A stretch of 64,000 bases of DNA from Candidatus Binatia bacterium (GCA_038245295.1 JBBRSP010000009.1:96001-160000), one strand, 5' to 3'; shown: positions 30,423 to 40,680, counted from the first letter of the stretch. Numbers and translations are program-made. Notes: a model not told the origin generated them from the sequence alone.

Positions 30423-30457
30423 CCGGGACCTGTTGAACGCCGTTCAACAGGTCCCGG
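30423..30457. repeat. Perfect 16-bp-stem hairpin upstream of the RAYT remnant (REP-like or terminator)
   Basis: CCGGGACCTGTTGAAC-GCC-GTTCAACAGGTCCCGG; no U-tract. Confidence 0.6.
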
Positions 30458-30628
30458 CCCTCGCCCGGACGACGCATGTGCTGTCCCCTCTCCCAGCTTG
30501 GAAGTTGGTCAGGGTCGGACCAACCGACGTGGTTGAGTTTGCAGAGGAAGCATAACATTTCTGCCCCATTTTGAAGCTTAGACGCAGGTTTTCGACGGCC
30601 AGAATGCGCTTCTAAGGAATGCGACCAA

Positions 30629-30895
30629 ATGCCGCGAGCCAACCGCCATCACCTCCCGGGGTATATCTGGCATCTCACACACCGCGGTCATGATCGGCGG
30701 TTCCAATTGCGCTTCGCGCGCGATCGGCGTGCCTGGGTAGGTTGGCTTTACGAAGCGCGGCGGCGTTACGGGCTGTGCGGGCTCGACTACAACGTGACCT
30801 CAAACCATGTTCACCTGCTCGTGCACGATCAGGGACACTTCGAGATCGCCGCGAGTATGCAGCTGATTGCCGGCCCGACGGGCCAGCGCTTCAAG
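30629..30895 (+). pseudogene. Truncated REP-associated / IS200-like Y1 tyrosine transposase
   Basis: MPRANRH..PG.IWHLTHR...YNVTSNHVHLLV HUH motif; similarity ends at TGQRF, before the catalytic Tyr. Confidence 0.8.
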
Positions 30896-30944
30896 AAGTA
30901 TCGGACGATGTGCGAAAGCTCGAATCATGCACCGCCGACCCTAT
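30896..30944 (+). repeat. ~50-bp direct repeat, copy 1
   Basis: AAGTATCGGACGATGTGCGAAAGCTCGAATCATGCAC...; copy 2 at 34699-34748. Confidence 0.85.
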
Positions 30945-31182
30945 ACGGCATCGCCGCAGTGCGTGTGTGTCATGTGTCGATGGTGCGCGGCGAGACTGTG
31001 GCGGTCGGCGAAGGCGGCGCGTGCTCGCGAGAGTTCCACAGGCGGCCCAATCCTGACACGGCGCTAAGCATCGAGATGGGGCCGTTTTGACGCCCACTTT
31101 CAAAGATTACGAGAGGTTGCGTTGTCCGACCAACCCCCCTCCGAGTTGGACCGCCTGGCCGACGTGCGCGGCAAACGGCTAC

Positions 31183-31611
31183 TCAGGTGCCGCCGACGAT
31201 CGACGCCGTGCTGATCAGCTCCTCGAGGAGCGCGAGGGCCGATCGGCCGGAGATCGCGAACGGGTCGAACCGCGGCTTCTCGGAGTACTTGAGCACAAGC
31301 CCGGGGTTCAACTTCTCGAGGTCGACGCGACCCATGCGCCATCCCGAGAACCGACGCTCCTGGATCTCCGCGTAGTCGAGCAGAGTGACGTTAGAGTGGC
31401 GGGAGTCTCCCAGCAGTCTGCCGTAGAGCTGGTTGACCTCCTCGCGCCCTCCCTCGAGCACCTGCAAGAAGACATCAGCGTGACAGACGCACAGGACTCC
31501 CGTGATACCGATGTCGTGGTTGTGCTTGCGCGATTGCTCGAGAATGCTCGTGAGCATCTCGTTCTTGATCGGCCCGGTAGAACGGCTGGCGTAGACGAGG
31601 CGAACGAGCAT
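31183..31611 (-). CDS. Stand-alone BLUF blue-light photoreceptor
   Basis: LVYAS (Tyr), HN..IGITGVL, FLQVLEG (Gln), DSRH, RRFSGWRM (Trp/Met). Confidence 0.93.
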   Translation of the reverse strand: MLVRLVYASRSTGPIKNEMLTSILEQSRKHNHDIGITGVLCVCHADVFLQVLEGGREEVNQLYGRLLGDSRHSNVTLLDYAEIQERRFSGWRMGRVDLEKLNPGLVLKYSEKPRFDPFAISGRSALALLEELISTASIVGGT

Positions 31612-31616
31612 GTGAT

Positions 31617-32336
31617 CTATCCTTGAGAACTGTCGCGCCTGTCGAGAAGCGCGAGGAATTCTAGGCGCAAGTTGGGATTCTTCAGAAAGCTGCCACGCAT
31701 CACGCTGTTGACCATCTTGGAGTCCATGTCCTTGACCCCTCGCCACTGCATACAGTAGTGGTCGGCCTTCATCACGATCGCCAGCCCGTCGGGGTGCATC
31801 TTTTCCTGCAGGAGATCTGCCAGTTGGATGACGGCCTCCTCCTGGATCTGCGGACGGGCCACGACCCACTCGATCAATCGCGCGTACTTGGAAAGCCCGA
31901 TGAGCGCGGAGTGCTCGTTGGGCATGACGCCAACCCAGACCTTCCCGATGATCGGGCACAGGTGGTGCGAGCACGCGCTGCGCAAGGTGACCGGCCCGAC
32001 GATCATCAGTTCGTTGAGTTGCGAAATGTTCGGAAATTCCGTGACGGGCGGGATCTTCGAATACCGTCCGCTGAAGACCTCGGAGATGAACATCTTCGCC
32101 ACACGCCGTGCTGTATCGTGGGTGTTGTGATCGCTCCGGGTGTCGATCACCAGGGTCTGCAGTACCTCTTGGAGCTTGGCCGCGAGTTCCTTTTTGAGAT
32201 CCTCCAGTTCTCCCGGCTCGATGAAGTCGGCGATGTTGTCATTGGCGAAATATCTGTGGCCTGCCTGCTCGAGGCGTTGGCGGATACGATCCGCGACTGG
32301 AGTTTGACTCTCGAGCTCGTGCGACTGATTTGACAT
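31617..32336 (-). CDS. folE: GTP cyclohydrolase I
   Basis: TARRVAKM, SACSHH, GLSKYAR, RPQIQE, HYCMQWRGV. Confidence 0.95.
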   Translation of the reverse strand: MSNQSHELESQTPVADRIRQRLEQAGHRYFANDNIADFIEPGELEDLKKELAAKLQEVLQTLVIDTRSDHNTHDTARRVAKMFISEVFSGRYSKIPPVTEFPNISQLNELMIVGPVTLRSACSHHLCPIIGKVWVGVMPNEHSALIGLSKYARLIEWVVARPQIQEEAVIQLADLLQEKMHPDGLAIVMKADHYCMQWRGVKDMDSKMVNSVMRGSFLKNPNLRLEFLALLDRRDSSQG

Positions 32337-32536
32337 GCGTTATTTGTTTCTTCCGTTCGATCTGGACGTAGCCGTTTAACCACGATCAGGGGCGCCGAAT
32401 CAATCGTTCCACGCCACGTGCAGCCGTCACTCGAACGGCTCTGAAGAGCAGTAACACACCAGGTCACGGTCTCCGTCGACAGCCGACAACCGACCGTGTT
32501 TTCCACTGAAACTTTCGCGCCCAGCCCAACAGGCTT

Positions 32537-33174
32537 TTAAGGCAGCGGCGCTGTCCCGGCGCAGTAGATCGCCGCGGTGTTGCCGGCACCGAAGCTCATT
32601 ACCAGATCGGCCGTGCTGCTCTGGGCCGCCGCGTCGAGGCAGGGCGGACAGATCGCCGGTGTCTTGGCCAGCAGCTTGGTGCTGACCTTGTCGTAGGCGG
32701 CGCGGCAGGAGATTGGCTTACCAATTCCTTGTCGGCACGCGGTCACATCGAACGGTTTCCCCTTCACCGCGGCGGCGACACGTTTGAGGTCGTACTTCGT
32801 CATACACGCCGCGAGCTTCTTGAGGTTCGTCGCCGCCAGGCGCGCGCATTTGGCGCTGTTTGCATCCGGCGGCACGAAGCCTGGGTCGCCGCCATCGAAG
32901 GGTATCGAGCCGGCACAATAGATCTGACCGTTGTTGTCGTCGACGAAGTTGATCACCACGTCGGCGGCACTGGCTTGTGCGGTTGCGTCTTGGCAGGGCG
33001 GGCAGATGGGTGGTGTCTTGCCCAGCAGCTTGAGGGTGGCCTTGTCGTCTCCCAACTCGTCGTTCCACCGCGGAAGTGAGTCGCGTTGGCCGGCCGGATG
33101 CCGAGCACCAAGGTGGAGATGAGGAGGACAAATCCGGCTATCGCGGCGCGTCCCAGGCAGTTTCGTGTCATCAA
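32537..33174 (-). pseudogene. Secreted Cys-rich repeat protein, frameshifted and probably internally deleted
   Basis: RBS and signal peptide plus ATHFRGGT in one frame; two KLL.KTP.ICPPC.DA.AQ...IYCAG..P repeats in another frame. Confidence 0.6.
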
Positions 33175-33385
33175 GTTCTCCTCACAGTCCGACTCGAAGG
33201 CAGAGGTTGCCGCTGTCGCAACTCAGCCGGGAAAGTCGACCCGGCAACATTGCCTGGTTTTCCGCCTCGGGGCGCAAGCTCTCATAGGGCATGTGGGGTG
33301 TCAAATTCGTATGGATCGGATGGTGGTGGGGTCATTTCAACCGAGTGCCCATGAGCCCAATGCCCCCGCGTTGTTGAAGACCAAG

Positions 33386-33537
33386 CTCCCCCTCTCCCAC
33401 TTCAAATGGATTTGTCGATCGGTGGGAGAGGGTCGGGGTGAGGGCCCGGGGCTGGGCTCGCTGGATCCGCAGACCGAACCCTCACCCTAACCCTCTCCCA
33501 CTGTATGGGATCGTCATTCACGGTAGGAGAGGGGAGT
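33386..33537. repeat. Palindromic repeat family B (CCCTCTCCCA...TGGGAGAGGG / CCCTCACCC), intact doublet
   Basis: Homologous to 42248-42553. Confidence 0.8.
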
Positions 33538-33627
33538 TCGGAATCTACATCTTCATCAGCGGAAATGACCTCACTACCGATCGGATGGGTAGCCACGGAC
33601 TTTAGTCGGCGATCGGACAGATTCCGT

Positions 33628-34542
33628 TCACGGAACCGAAAGATCCGGCACGCGATAGATCGGTGGGGTGTGCGACAGGCGATGATCGTGCGGGCCGACG
33701 AAGGTGTCGAACTCGGTGCCGACAGCGATCGTCGCGGCGTCGTTTGTGTTGGCGAAGGCCAGCATGGCCCCGTCGTCGCGGAAGCTCCAGATGCTGGTCA
33801 TGATCGGTCCGGCGCGGGTCGTGTCGACGAAGGTATCGATGGCGATCAACCCATCGACGGCGAGGAAACGCTTGGCGCCCTCGCTGCGGAACCAGTTCTC
33901 GAACGCCACCAGCTTCCCCGGCATGACGTCGAACGTCTGCGTGAAGAAAGCCTGCGCCGCGTTCGCAGGCGGCGCCGGCCGCTCGGCAGTGCTCGTGGTG
34001 TCCGCTGTGGCCATGCCGGGCATCACGTGCCCGGCGTGAGGATCGCCGGCGGTAAGGGAAGCGAGGTAGGCCACAAGGTCCTCGACCTGAGCGACGGTCA
34101 GGTCGTAGACCGGCATATTCGACAGGCCTTGCGCACTCACCCAGCCCGGGCCCTCCACAACCACGGCATTGGGATTGATGATCGCTTCGAAGAAGTAGCC
34201 CGGTGGGTGGTGTCCCCCCATGCCGGTAAGCTCGGGCCCCGCACCACTCGGCTCCGTCGCGGAGAATTTTTCACCCGCCACCTTGTGGCACGACGGACAA
34301 CCGAGCGCCTCGAAGCTGCGCCGCCCGACCGCGACGTCGCCGGTCAGCGGCGACAGTTGCCAGCCCGGCGGGACGCCGCCAAGCTGGTGCAAAGCGCTCA
34401 TCGTCATGCGCACCGATTTCGGCGACGTACGAGTGCTGGCGGAGTTGTTGGCGCGCGGCGTCTCGCGATCACCGCAAGCCGCGATCAGGACCAATACGGC
34501 GAGCAGGAAACGCAGGCAGCCAAAGGGGCGGAGGCGGGGCAT
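33628..34542 (-). CDS. Lipoprotein monoheme cytochrome c with a C-terminal alpha/beta-barrel-like domain
   Basis: LIAAC lipobox; CPSCH; GPEL, SNMP distal Met, DLVAYL. Confidence 0.8.
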   Translation of the reverse strand: MPRLRPFGCLRFLLAVLVLIAACGDRETPRANNSASTRTSPKSVRMTMSALHQLGGVPPGWQLSPLTGDVAVGRRSFEALGCPSCHKVAGEKFSATEPSGAGPELTGMGGHHPPGYFFEAIINPNAVVVEGPGWVSAQGLSNMPVYDLTVAQVEDLVAYLASLTAGDPHAGHVMPGMATADTTSTAERPAPPANAAQAFFTQTFDVMPGKLVAFENWFRSEGAKRFLAVDGLIAIDTFVDTTRAGPIMTSIWSFRDDGAMLAFANTNDAATIAVGTEFDTFVGPHDHRLSHTPPIYRVPDLSVP

Positions 34543-34698
34543 CTTCCCCTTTTCGCACAGTTCTATCCTGGGCTGCGAGCACCGTTGCTGTGGACTACGG
34601 AGTGGACCTCATAACGAAAGATATCGCCGCGTTTGAATCGAGGAAGGTGCGGCGGCCATCGTCTCCCATGAGCTACGCGTCTGAGGCACATGAAGGGT

Positions 34699-34748
34699 AA
34701 GTATCGGACGATGTGCGAAAAGCTCGAATCATGCACTGGCGACCGTAT
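34699..34748 (+). repeat. ~50-bp direct repeat, copy 2
   Basis: Differs from copy 1 by one indel and three substitutions. Confidence 0.85.
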
Positions 34749-35217
34749 TGCCGTCGACGCGCTCACCACCGACGACCCCGAGGTGCATCTGGTGGTTGCG
34801 GGGTCTTGAACTTGTGCAAGCCAATGACCGTCCTGTTTTAAGAGCGTCGCAGAGCCGTGCGTTGGAGGCCATGCCCAGCATACGGCGGGTCTTCGACGAA
34901 ACCAGCTTAGCGCGATCTCGATCATGGATGCTCCTCGGCTGCGTGTCACGCCAGCAATCAGCCGCCGCGTAGAGCGCGACACGACCCTGGGCGACAAGCT
35001 CGCCTTTCCCGCCTGTGCGAGGCCATGTCCCAGTAGCTCCTAGATGTGCCACGCCAGGATCTCCGCCCGCTCGGCATGTTCCACCGATACGCGGCTGGCA
35101 TGCACCGTGCTTTTTTAACCATGGCGCGATGAGCCACCTGACGATTATCGCCGAAGATTTGGCAAGAACCGGTTCCAGATGTCGTGGTGGCGGGCACGGG
35201 CAGTTTGAGGGGGCAAC

Positions 35218-36660
35218 ATGCGTTTCGTGATCATCGGGGCAGGGATGGCTGGCATCCTGAGCGCCATCAAGCTGAAGGAAGCTGGATTTACAGACTTCAC
35301 GGTCTACGAAAAAGCCGATCGGCTCGGCGGCACCTGGCGGGAGAATACCTATCCGGGAATCGCCTGCGACGTCCCGTCTCATCTGTATAGCTACTCGTTC
35401 GCGCCCAACCCCGACTGGAGTCACTGCTACTCGCCGGGGGCGGAGATCGAAGCCTACTTCGAACGCGTGGCGCACGAGCACGATCTCGACAGGTTCATCC
35501 ACTACGGCGAGGAAGTGGCGCGCTGTGCCTTCCGCGCCCGGCGCTGGCAGATCGAAACGGCGAGCGGCCACCGCGACAAGGCCGACGTCATCATCGCCGC
35601 GACGGGTGTGCTGCACCATCCAAACTATCCAATCATCGCCGGGCTCGAGACGTTCAAGGGGACCCGCTTTCACAGTGCACGTTGGGACCACAGCGTCCGC
35701 CTCGACGGTCGGCGTGTCGGCATCATCGGCACGGGTTCTACGGCGGTACAGATTGTTTCCGCACTCGTCGATCGGGTGCAGAAGCTCACCGTCTTTCAGC
35801 GTAGCGCGCAATGGATCGTGCCGCAGCAGAATCCGCCCTACGGCGAAGCGGAGAAGCAAGAGTTCCGCCAGCACCCGGAACGCATGCAAGAGCTGCGGGC
35901 CGGGGTATCGCAGCTGTTCGCGGAGAACTTTTCGAATGCCGTTGTGGATGCGGACTCGGCGCAGATGAAGGCCATCGAGGAGGTGTGTCTCGCCAACCTG
36001 GTGAACAGTGTGGTCGACCCCGTACTGCGCGAGAAGTTGCGCCCGAAATACCGCGCCGCTTGCAAGCGCCTCGTCGTCTCACCCAACTTCTACGAGGCAA
36101 TGCAGAAGCCCAATGCCGAGCTGGTTACCGAGCCCATCGAGCGTGTCGAAGCCTTGGGGGTTCGCACCCGCGACGGGCGGTTGCATGGGCTCGACGTGTT
36201 GGTTCTCGCGACCGGCTTCCGCGCCGATCGCTTCGTGCGGCCCATGGGCGTGATCGGGCGCAACGGTACGCGCCTCGATGTCGCCTGGGCGGAGCGGCCC
36301 TCCGCCTACCTGTCGATCTCGATCCCTGACTTCCCGAACTTTTTCATGCTCAACGGTCCCAATGGTCCGGTCGGTAACTTCTCACTCATCGAGGTCGCCG
36401 AGCTGCAATTCGGATACATCGAGCAGCTGATCGAGTTGGTGCGCTCGGGCCGCTGCCATGAGGTCAGTGCCACGGAGTCAGCAACCGCAAACTTCGACAC
36501 GCAGCGCGTCGAAGCGGCAAAGAAGACCGTTTGGATGACCGGCTGCCGCAGTTGGTACCTCGACGACCGAGGCATTCCAGCGGCGTGGCCGTGGAGCTTC
36601 GATCGCTTCCGCCAGGAGATGGCGCAGCCAGACCTCGAGGCGTTCGATCTGGTCGACTAG
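35218..36660 (+). CDS. Flavin-containing monooxygenase (Baeyer-Villiger type)
   Basis: GAGMAG, GGTW..N.YPG..CD, FHSARWDH fingerprint, GTGSTA, ATGF. Confidence 0.92.
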   Translation: MRFVIIGAGMAGILSAIKLKEAGFTDFTVYEKADRLGGTWRENTYPGIACDVPSHLYSYSFAPNPDWSHCYSPGAEIEAYFERVAHEHDLDRFIHYGEEVARCAFRARRWQIETASGHRDKADVIIAATGVLHHPNYPIIAGLETFKGTRFHSARWDHSVRLDGRRVGIIGTGSTAVQIVSALVDRVQKLTVFQRSAQWIVPQQNPPYGEAEKQEFRQHPERMQELRAGVSQLFAENFSNAVVDADSAQMKAIEEVCLANLVNSVVDPVLREKLRPKYRAACKRLVVSPNFYEAMQKPNAELVTEPIERVEALGVRTRDGRLHGLDVLVLATGFRADRFVRPMGVIGRNGTRLDVAWAERPSAYLSISIPDFPNFFMLNGPNGPVGNFSLIEVAELQFGYIEQLIELVRSGRCHEVSATESATANFDTQRVEAAKKTVWMTGCRSWYLDDRGIPAAWPWSFDRFRQEMAQPDLEAFDLVD

Positions 36661-36869
36661 GCGAGGTTGCCGGTTTGCGTCAGCAAGTGGAAATGGTTCG
36701 ACATCAGCGCCCAAGCGTAGACAGCAAACTGCTTGGCACGAACGGCAGCTTGGATGCGGGCCAGGAAGTCAAGGCGATCGGCGTCGTCGCGGAAGGTCGC
36801 AGCGCTCGATGCCACGATTCCAGACGTGATGCAGCGCCAGAGGCGATCCAGACGAGGGCCACGGGGCAT
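36657..36869 (-). pseudogene. Frameshifted, truncated RAYT-like Y1 transposase
   Basis: MPRGPRLD / LHHVWNRGIER / FRDDADRLDFL...YAWALMSNHFHLL assembled across two frames. Confidence 0.8.
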
Positions 36870-37160
36870 GGGTACAGATCTCACGGCACAATCGCCGAGT
36901 CTTTTGGGTGGGTGTCCAACAAGCGCGCTCTCTCAAGTTTCCAAGCAATCCGTCCCGTCGGTGGTTGCCGACTCTCCAACCCTGGGAAACCTGCACCAAC
37001 TGTTGCATGATCATGTCGTGCCAAAGCCGGAGAATGGGCTGATAGGAATTTCCCGGGATGGACAGGGTCATCAGCGCCTTGGGGCCGGGAGTGATCGGCC
37101 GAGCGCGCGGCGCACTGAGATGGGCCTCCTTCGAACCCGCGACGACGAAGAAGGCTACTG

Positions 37161-38492
37161 ATGCAGCACGCGCAGCCGAACTGGATCGTCTTCCTGCTCA
37201 TGAACGATCTCGACAGCCTGGGGGGATCGAGCCAGCTGCTTTGCACAATTGCTCTTGCGCTGCAGCGTGCGGGTCATACGGTATCGGTCTACACCGAATA
37301 CCCATGTAGTTCGGACAACCGTTACGCGCGCCTGTTGCACGATGCGGCTATCCCGGTGAACCCGGCGATAGATGCGGGCACCGGGGCCGGCGGGCTGGCT
37401 GTCCTCCTGTCGCCGGCACGACTCGCCGTTGCGCTCGCCGTCGCGCTCCTCAGCCGGAACTCGGTGCGGCACGCCTGGCGAAGCACCGGCGAACGACTGA
37501 ATCGCTTGCTTGTGCGTCGCCGTTTAAGCCGCCAGGTGCGTCGCGCGCTTTGCCATGCCGCAGCCGAGGCGCGTCAGGAAGGTCGCACCGCCTTGGCGCA
37601 CGTTCACCGCGGGGCAAACGGAGTGCGCTGGGCACGAGAGGCACAACTTCCCATCGTCTACGTTGAAAATAGCACGCCGACGGCCGACACCCGAACCGAT
37701 TGGTGGTTCAATGCCAACCCCTCACCCGCTTCAAACGCAGCCAAGGGCTGGCGGCGCCTACGGCGGGTCGCACCCTGGATCGATCTGATCATCGCCGGCT
37801 CCGAGCGCGCCGCGCGCGGGGTTCGCGGACAAGTGGGCTACGAGGGCCCGGTCGCAATCCTGCCGTGGATGGTTGAGCCTGCCGCGAACATCCGTCCCCC
37901 CGTGTTGGGGTCGGGGGAAGTCCACATCATCGGCACGGCCGGGCGCCTGGAAGCGGAGAAGGGGCATAGGTTCCTGATCCAGGCCCTACCTCGGGTGTTG
38001 CAAATCATTCCGGTACGGTTGGTGGTTGCGGGCGACGGGTCATTGCGAACAGAGCTCGAAGACCTGGCTGCCAAGGTCGGAGTTCGACAACATGTCGATT
38101 TCCTTGGTGCCCAAGATGACGTCGGGATGGAGCGGTTCTGGGATCGAATCGAGTTGTTCGTCCTTCCGTCGCTGCGCGAAGGCTCGCCGCTTGTGGGCCT
38201 TGAAGCGATGGCGCGTCGCATTGCCGTTGTCGCCACCGACGTCGGTGGCGTACGCGAACTCCTCGATGACGGCCGCGCGGGTTGTGTTGCACAACCGGGT
38301 GCTCCCGCTGCGCTCGCCGCCGCGATTCTCGAGGTTATGTCCGACACGTCACGGCGCCAGTCGTTGGCGCAGGCGGGCTACGATCGCTTCGTGGCGAACT
38401 ACGCGCCTGCGGTAGCAACGCCCGCATGGTTGCAGGCCTATGAACGGGTTTTGGGAGACTGGACCGCTCGCCCCCGCCGCGGTGGAGCGTGA
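37161..38492 (+). CDS. Glycosyltransferase family 4
   Basis: GRLEAEKG, GDGSLR, PSLREGSPLVGLEAM, TDVGG. Confidence 0.88.
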   Translation: MQHAQPNWIVFLLMNDLDSLGGSSQLLCTIALALQRAGHTVSVYTEYPCSSDNRYARLLHDAAIPVNPAIDAGTGAGGLAVLLSPARLAVALAVALLSRNSVRHAWRSTGERLNRLLVRRRLSRQVRRALCHAAAEARQEGRTALAHVHRGANGVRWAREAQLPIVYVENSTPTADTRTDWWFNANPSPASNAAKGWRRLRRVAPWIDLIIAGSERAARGVRGQVGYEGPVAILPWMVEPAANIRPPVLGSGEVHIIGTAGRLEAEKGHRFLIQALPRVLQIIPVRLVVAGDGSLRTELEDLAAKVGVRQHVDFLGAQDDVGMERFWDRIELFVLPSLREGSPLVGLEAMARRIAVVATDVGGVRELLDDGRAGCVAQPGAPAALAAAILEVMSDTSRRQSLAQAGYDRFVANYAPAVATPAWLQAYERVLGDWTARPRRGGA

Positions 38493-38546
38493 TCGGTCCG
38501 CGGTTGGCATTGAGACTCGGTTGAGATCCATATACGGAAGCGACGA

Positions 38547-39491
38547 ATGAGTGCGCTCGAGAAACCAGTCGTGACTGTGGTGGTCACCTCAGACTACGCG
38601 AGTGGGAAACTCGCGGGCTGGAATGATCTGCGCTCGAACTTGGCCGGCTTGGCAGCGCAGGACTACAAAGAGCCGGCAGAGTTTCTGCTTGTCGAGACGG
38701 CCGAGATTGCGCCCACCATTCCTCCGGATGTGTTGCAGATCCTACCGCAGCTCCGCGTCGTTGTGACACAGGCAACCTCGGCGAGCGAACTGAAGAACGC
38801 AGGCGCGCGCGCCGCGGCGGCTGATCTCGTGGCGATGATCGATGCGGATTGCACGCCGGTTCGCGGCTGGCTGCGCCACCTCGTGAACGCTCTGCGTGAG
38901 AATCCGGACGCCGTCGTGGTGAGTGGGCGGACCAGCTACGGAAGCCGCACTCTGCTCGATCGGGTCATGGCCCTGGTCACGCGTTCATTTCTCGATGAAG
39001 GCCGACCGTCGGCAACGCGTCACGTAACCATCAACAACGCCGGCTTCCGCCGGGAAGCGTTCTTGGCGCATCCCTTACCCGAAGATACCGGGGCACACAT
39101 GTCGATGCTTCAGTCCGAGGCCATCTCCCGGGATGGCGGCCGATTCCGTTTTGAACCGGGAATGCACGTCACACACACCTACGGTGGCTGGGCGATGGAA
39201 AGGGAGATCCGCAGAAGCATGGGCTACGGCGTCATCAAGGTGCGGCGGCTCGACAATCGTATGCCGCATGCCTGGATGGCACGCCTCGGCCTCGTGTCGG
39301 TGCCCTTGTTCATCGTGCTGCGTGCGCTGCACAGTTGCTGGAACTGCGTGCGACGAGCCGGTGATTACGGTGTCGCCTGGTACGAGTTGCCCATCGCCTT
39401 CCTTCTGGCGGCCGCGGCATGCTCCATGGAGGCGCCAGGGATGCTACGGGCGGTCCGCGACTTGCCACACGGCACGTCGGAGTTTCGTTAG
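38547..39491 (+). CDS. Glycosyltransferase family 2
   Basis: KNAGARAA..DLVAMIDADC DxD motif. Confidence 0.8.
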   Translation: MSALEKPVVTVVVTSDYASGKLAGWNDLRSNLAGLAAQDYKEPAEFLLVETAEIAPTIPPDVLQILPQLRVVVTQATSASELKNAGARAAAADLVAMIDADCTPVRGWLRHLVNALRENPDAVVVSGRTSYGSRTLLDRVMALVTRSFLDEGRPSATRHVTINNAGFRREAFLAHPLPEDTGAHMSMLQSEAISRDGGRFRFEPGMHVTHTYGGWAMEREIRRSMGYGVIKVRRLDNRMPHAWMARLGLVSVPLFIVLRALHSCWNCVRRAGDYGVAWYELPIAFLLAAAACSMEAPGMLRAVRDLPHGTSEFR

Positions 39492-39597
39492 CCCAGGCCT
39501 AAAATGATGGCCGACCCTATACCCCTCTCGCGACGGCCTGAGTGCGTTTGCGAAGCGCGATGGACGCGCGGCGGAATGCGGTCGCGTCAGTCGCATC

Positions 39598-40635
39598 ATG
39601 GGTGAGCATTCACTCAGATACGCCGTCCTCAGCTACGAGGGCGGCGCGAATATCGGCGACGAAATCCAGAGCCTGGCGGTCGAAAGACTGCTGCCTGCGG
39701 TAGACCGCCGGCCGCATCGCGAACGGCTGCATGAGTTCTGCGACGCCGAAAAGCACCTTCTCGTCATGAATGGCTGGTTCGCCTACTACGGCGAGTTGTG
39801 GCCGCCGTCCCCGTCTCTCGTGCCCGTCTTCTTCGGCTTCCACGCTGCCCGTGCCACAGGAGTGCTCCGGCACTTCTCATCGCCTCGGCTCGTGGAATAT
39901 TTCAAGGAGCACGAGCCGATCGGCTGCCGCGATCAACCGACGATGGATTTCTTCCAATCGCTCGGCGTCAGTGCGTACCTAGCAAAGTGTTTGACGCTAA
40001 CCTTTCCACGGCGCGTGGATTCGGGCCAATCGCGCGACGGAAGGGTACTTCTCGTAGACGCGGAGGAGGTTCCAGTCCCCCGTGATCTGGCTCGGGGAGC
40101 GCTCAGGATTACGCACCGGACGCAGCCCTTTCTTCAGACGGCTACGACGCGAGCCATGGCGGTCGATCTGCTCAACCTTTATCGCGATCACGCAAAGCTC
40201 GTGATCACCACCAGGCTGCATTGTGCGATGCCGTGCATCGCCCTGGGAATCCCGGTCGTTTTCTTCGGCGATCCCACGGATGACCGATTCGGTATCTTGC
40301 GAGACATCGGGTTGCCGATCCATCAGTTCCCGCCTCGCTGGGGGCGCTGGCTGCGAGGAAGGAGGCCGCCGCCGGGGCGGCCGGCACCGTACCTACACGC
40401 GCCCACGCCTGTCCCAATGCAATCCGTGCCGCGGTTACTCGCCAAACGCATCTTGGTGACTGGCGAGCGGCTGCGGGTCGGGTTTTCTGGCGGCGTCGAT
40501 TGGAACCCACCCGTCATCGACATCGAGGCGGAGAAGCAGCGCATCTTGAATGCCTTCAAGGATGCGCTGCGACACGCCGAGGAACGCTTGGCTGGGGTGG
40601 ACCTTTCGAGTCGAGAGTCGAGAGTTGGGGATTGA
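39598..40635 (+). CDS. Polysaccharide pyruvyl transferase family protein
   Basis: NIGDEIQSLA, PIGCRD, VITTRLHCAMPC.ALG.PV. Confidence 0.85.
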   Translation: MGEHSLRYAVLSYEGGANIGDEIQSLAVERLLPAVDRRPHRERLHEFCDAEKHLLVMNGWFAYYGELWPPSPSLVPVFFGFHAARATGVLRHFSSPRLVEYFKEHEPIGCRDQPTMDFFQSLGVSAYLAKCLTLTFPRRVDSGQSRDGRVLLVDAEEVPVPRDLARGALRITHRTQPFLQTATTRAMAVDLLNLYRDHAKLVITTRLHCAMPCIALGIPVVFFGDPTDDRFGILRDIGLPIHQFPPRWGRWLRGRRPPPGRPAPYLHAPTPVPMQSVPRLLAKRILVTGERLRVGFSGGVDWNPPVIDIEAEKQRILNAFKDALRHAEERLAGVDLSSRESRVGD

Positions 40636-40680
40636 GCGAAATACGAGCAACGCCGACGAGCGGACTGGACGGAGGAAAGC

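Noticed and set aside
34749..35217. Small ORFs between the cytochrome c and the monooxygenase
   Set aside because: No recognisable motifs or RBS; probably decayed sequence plus promoter.
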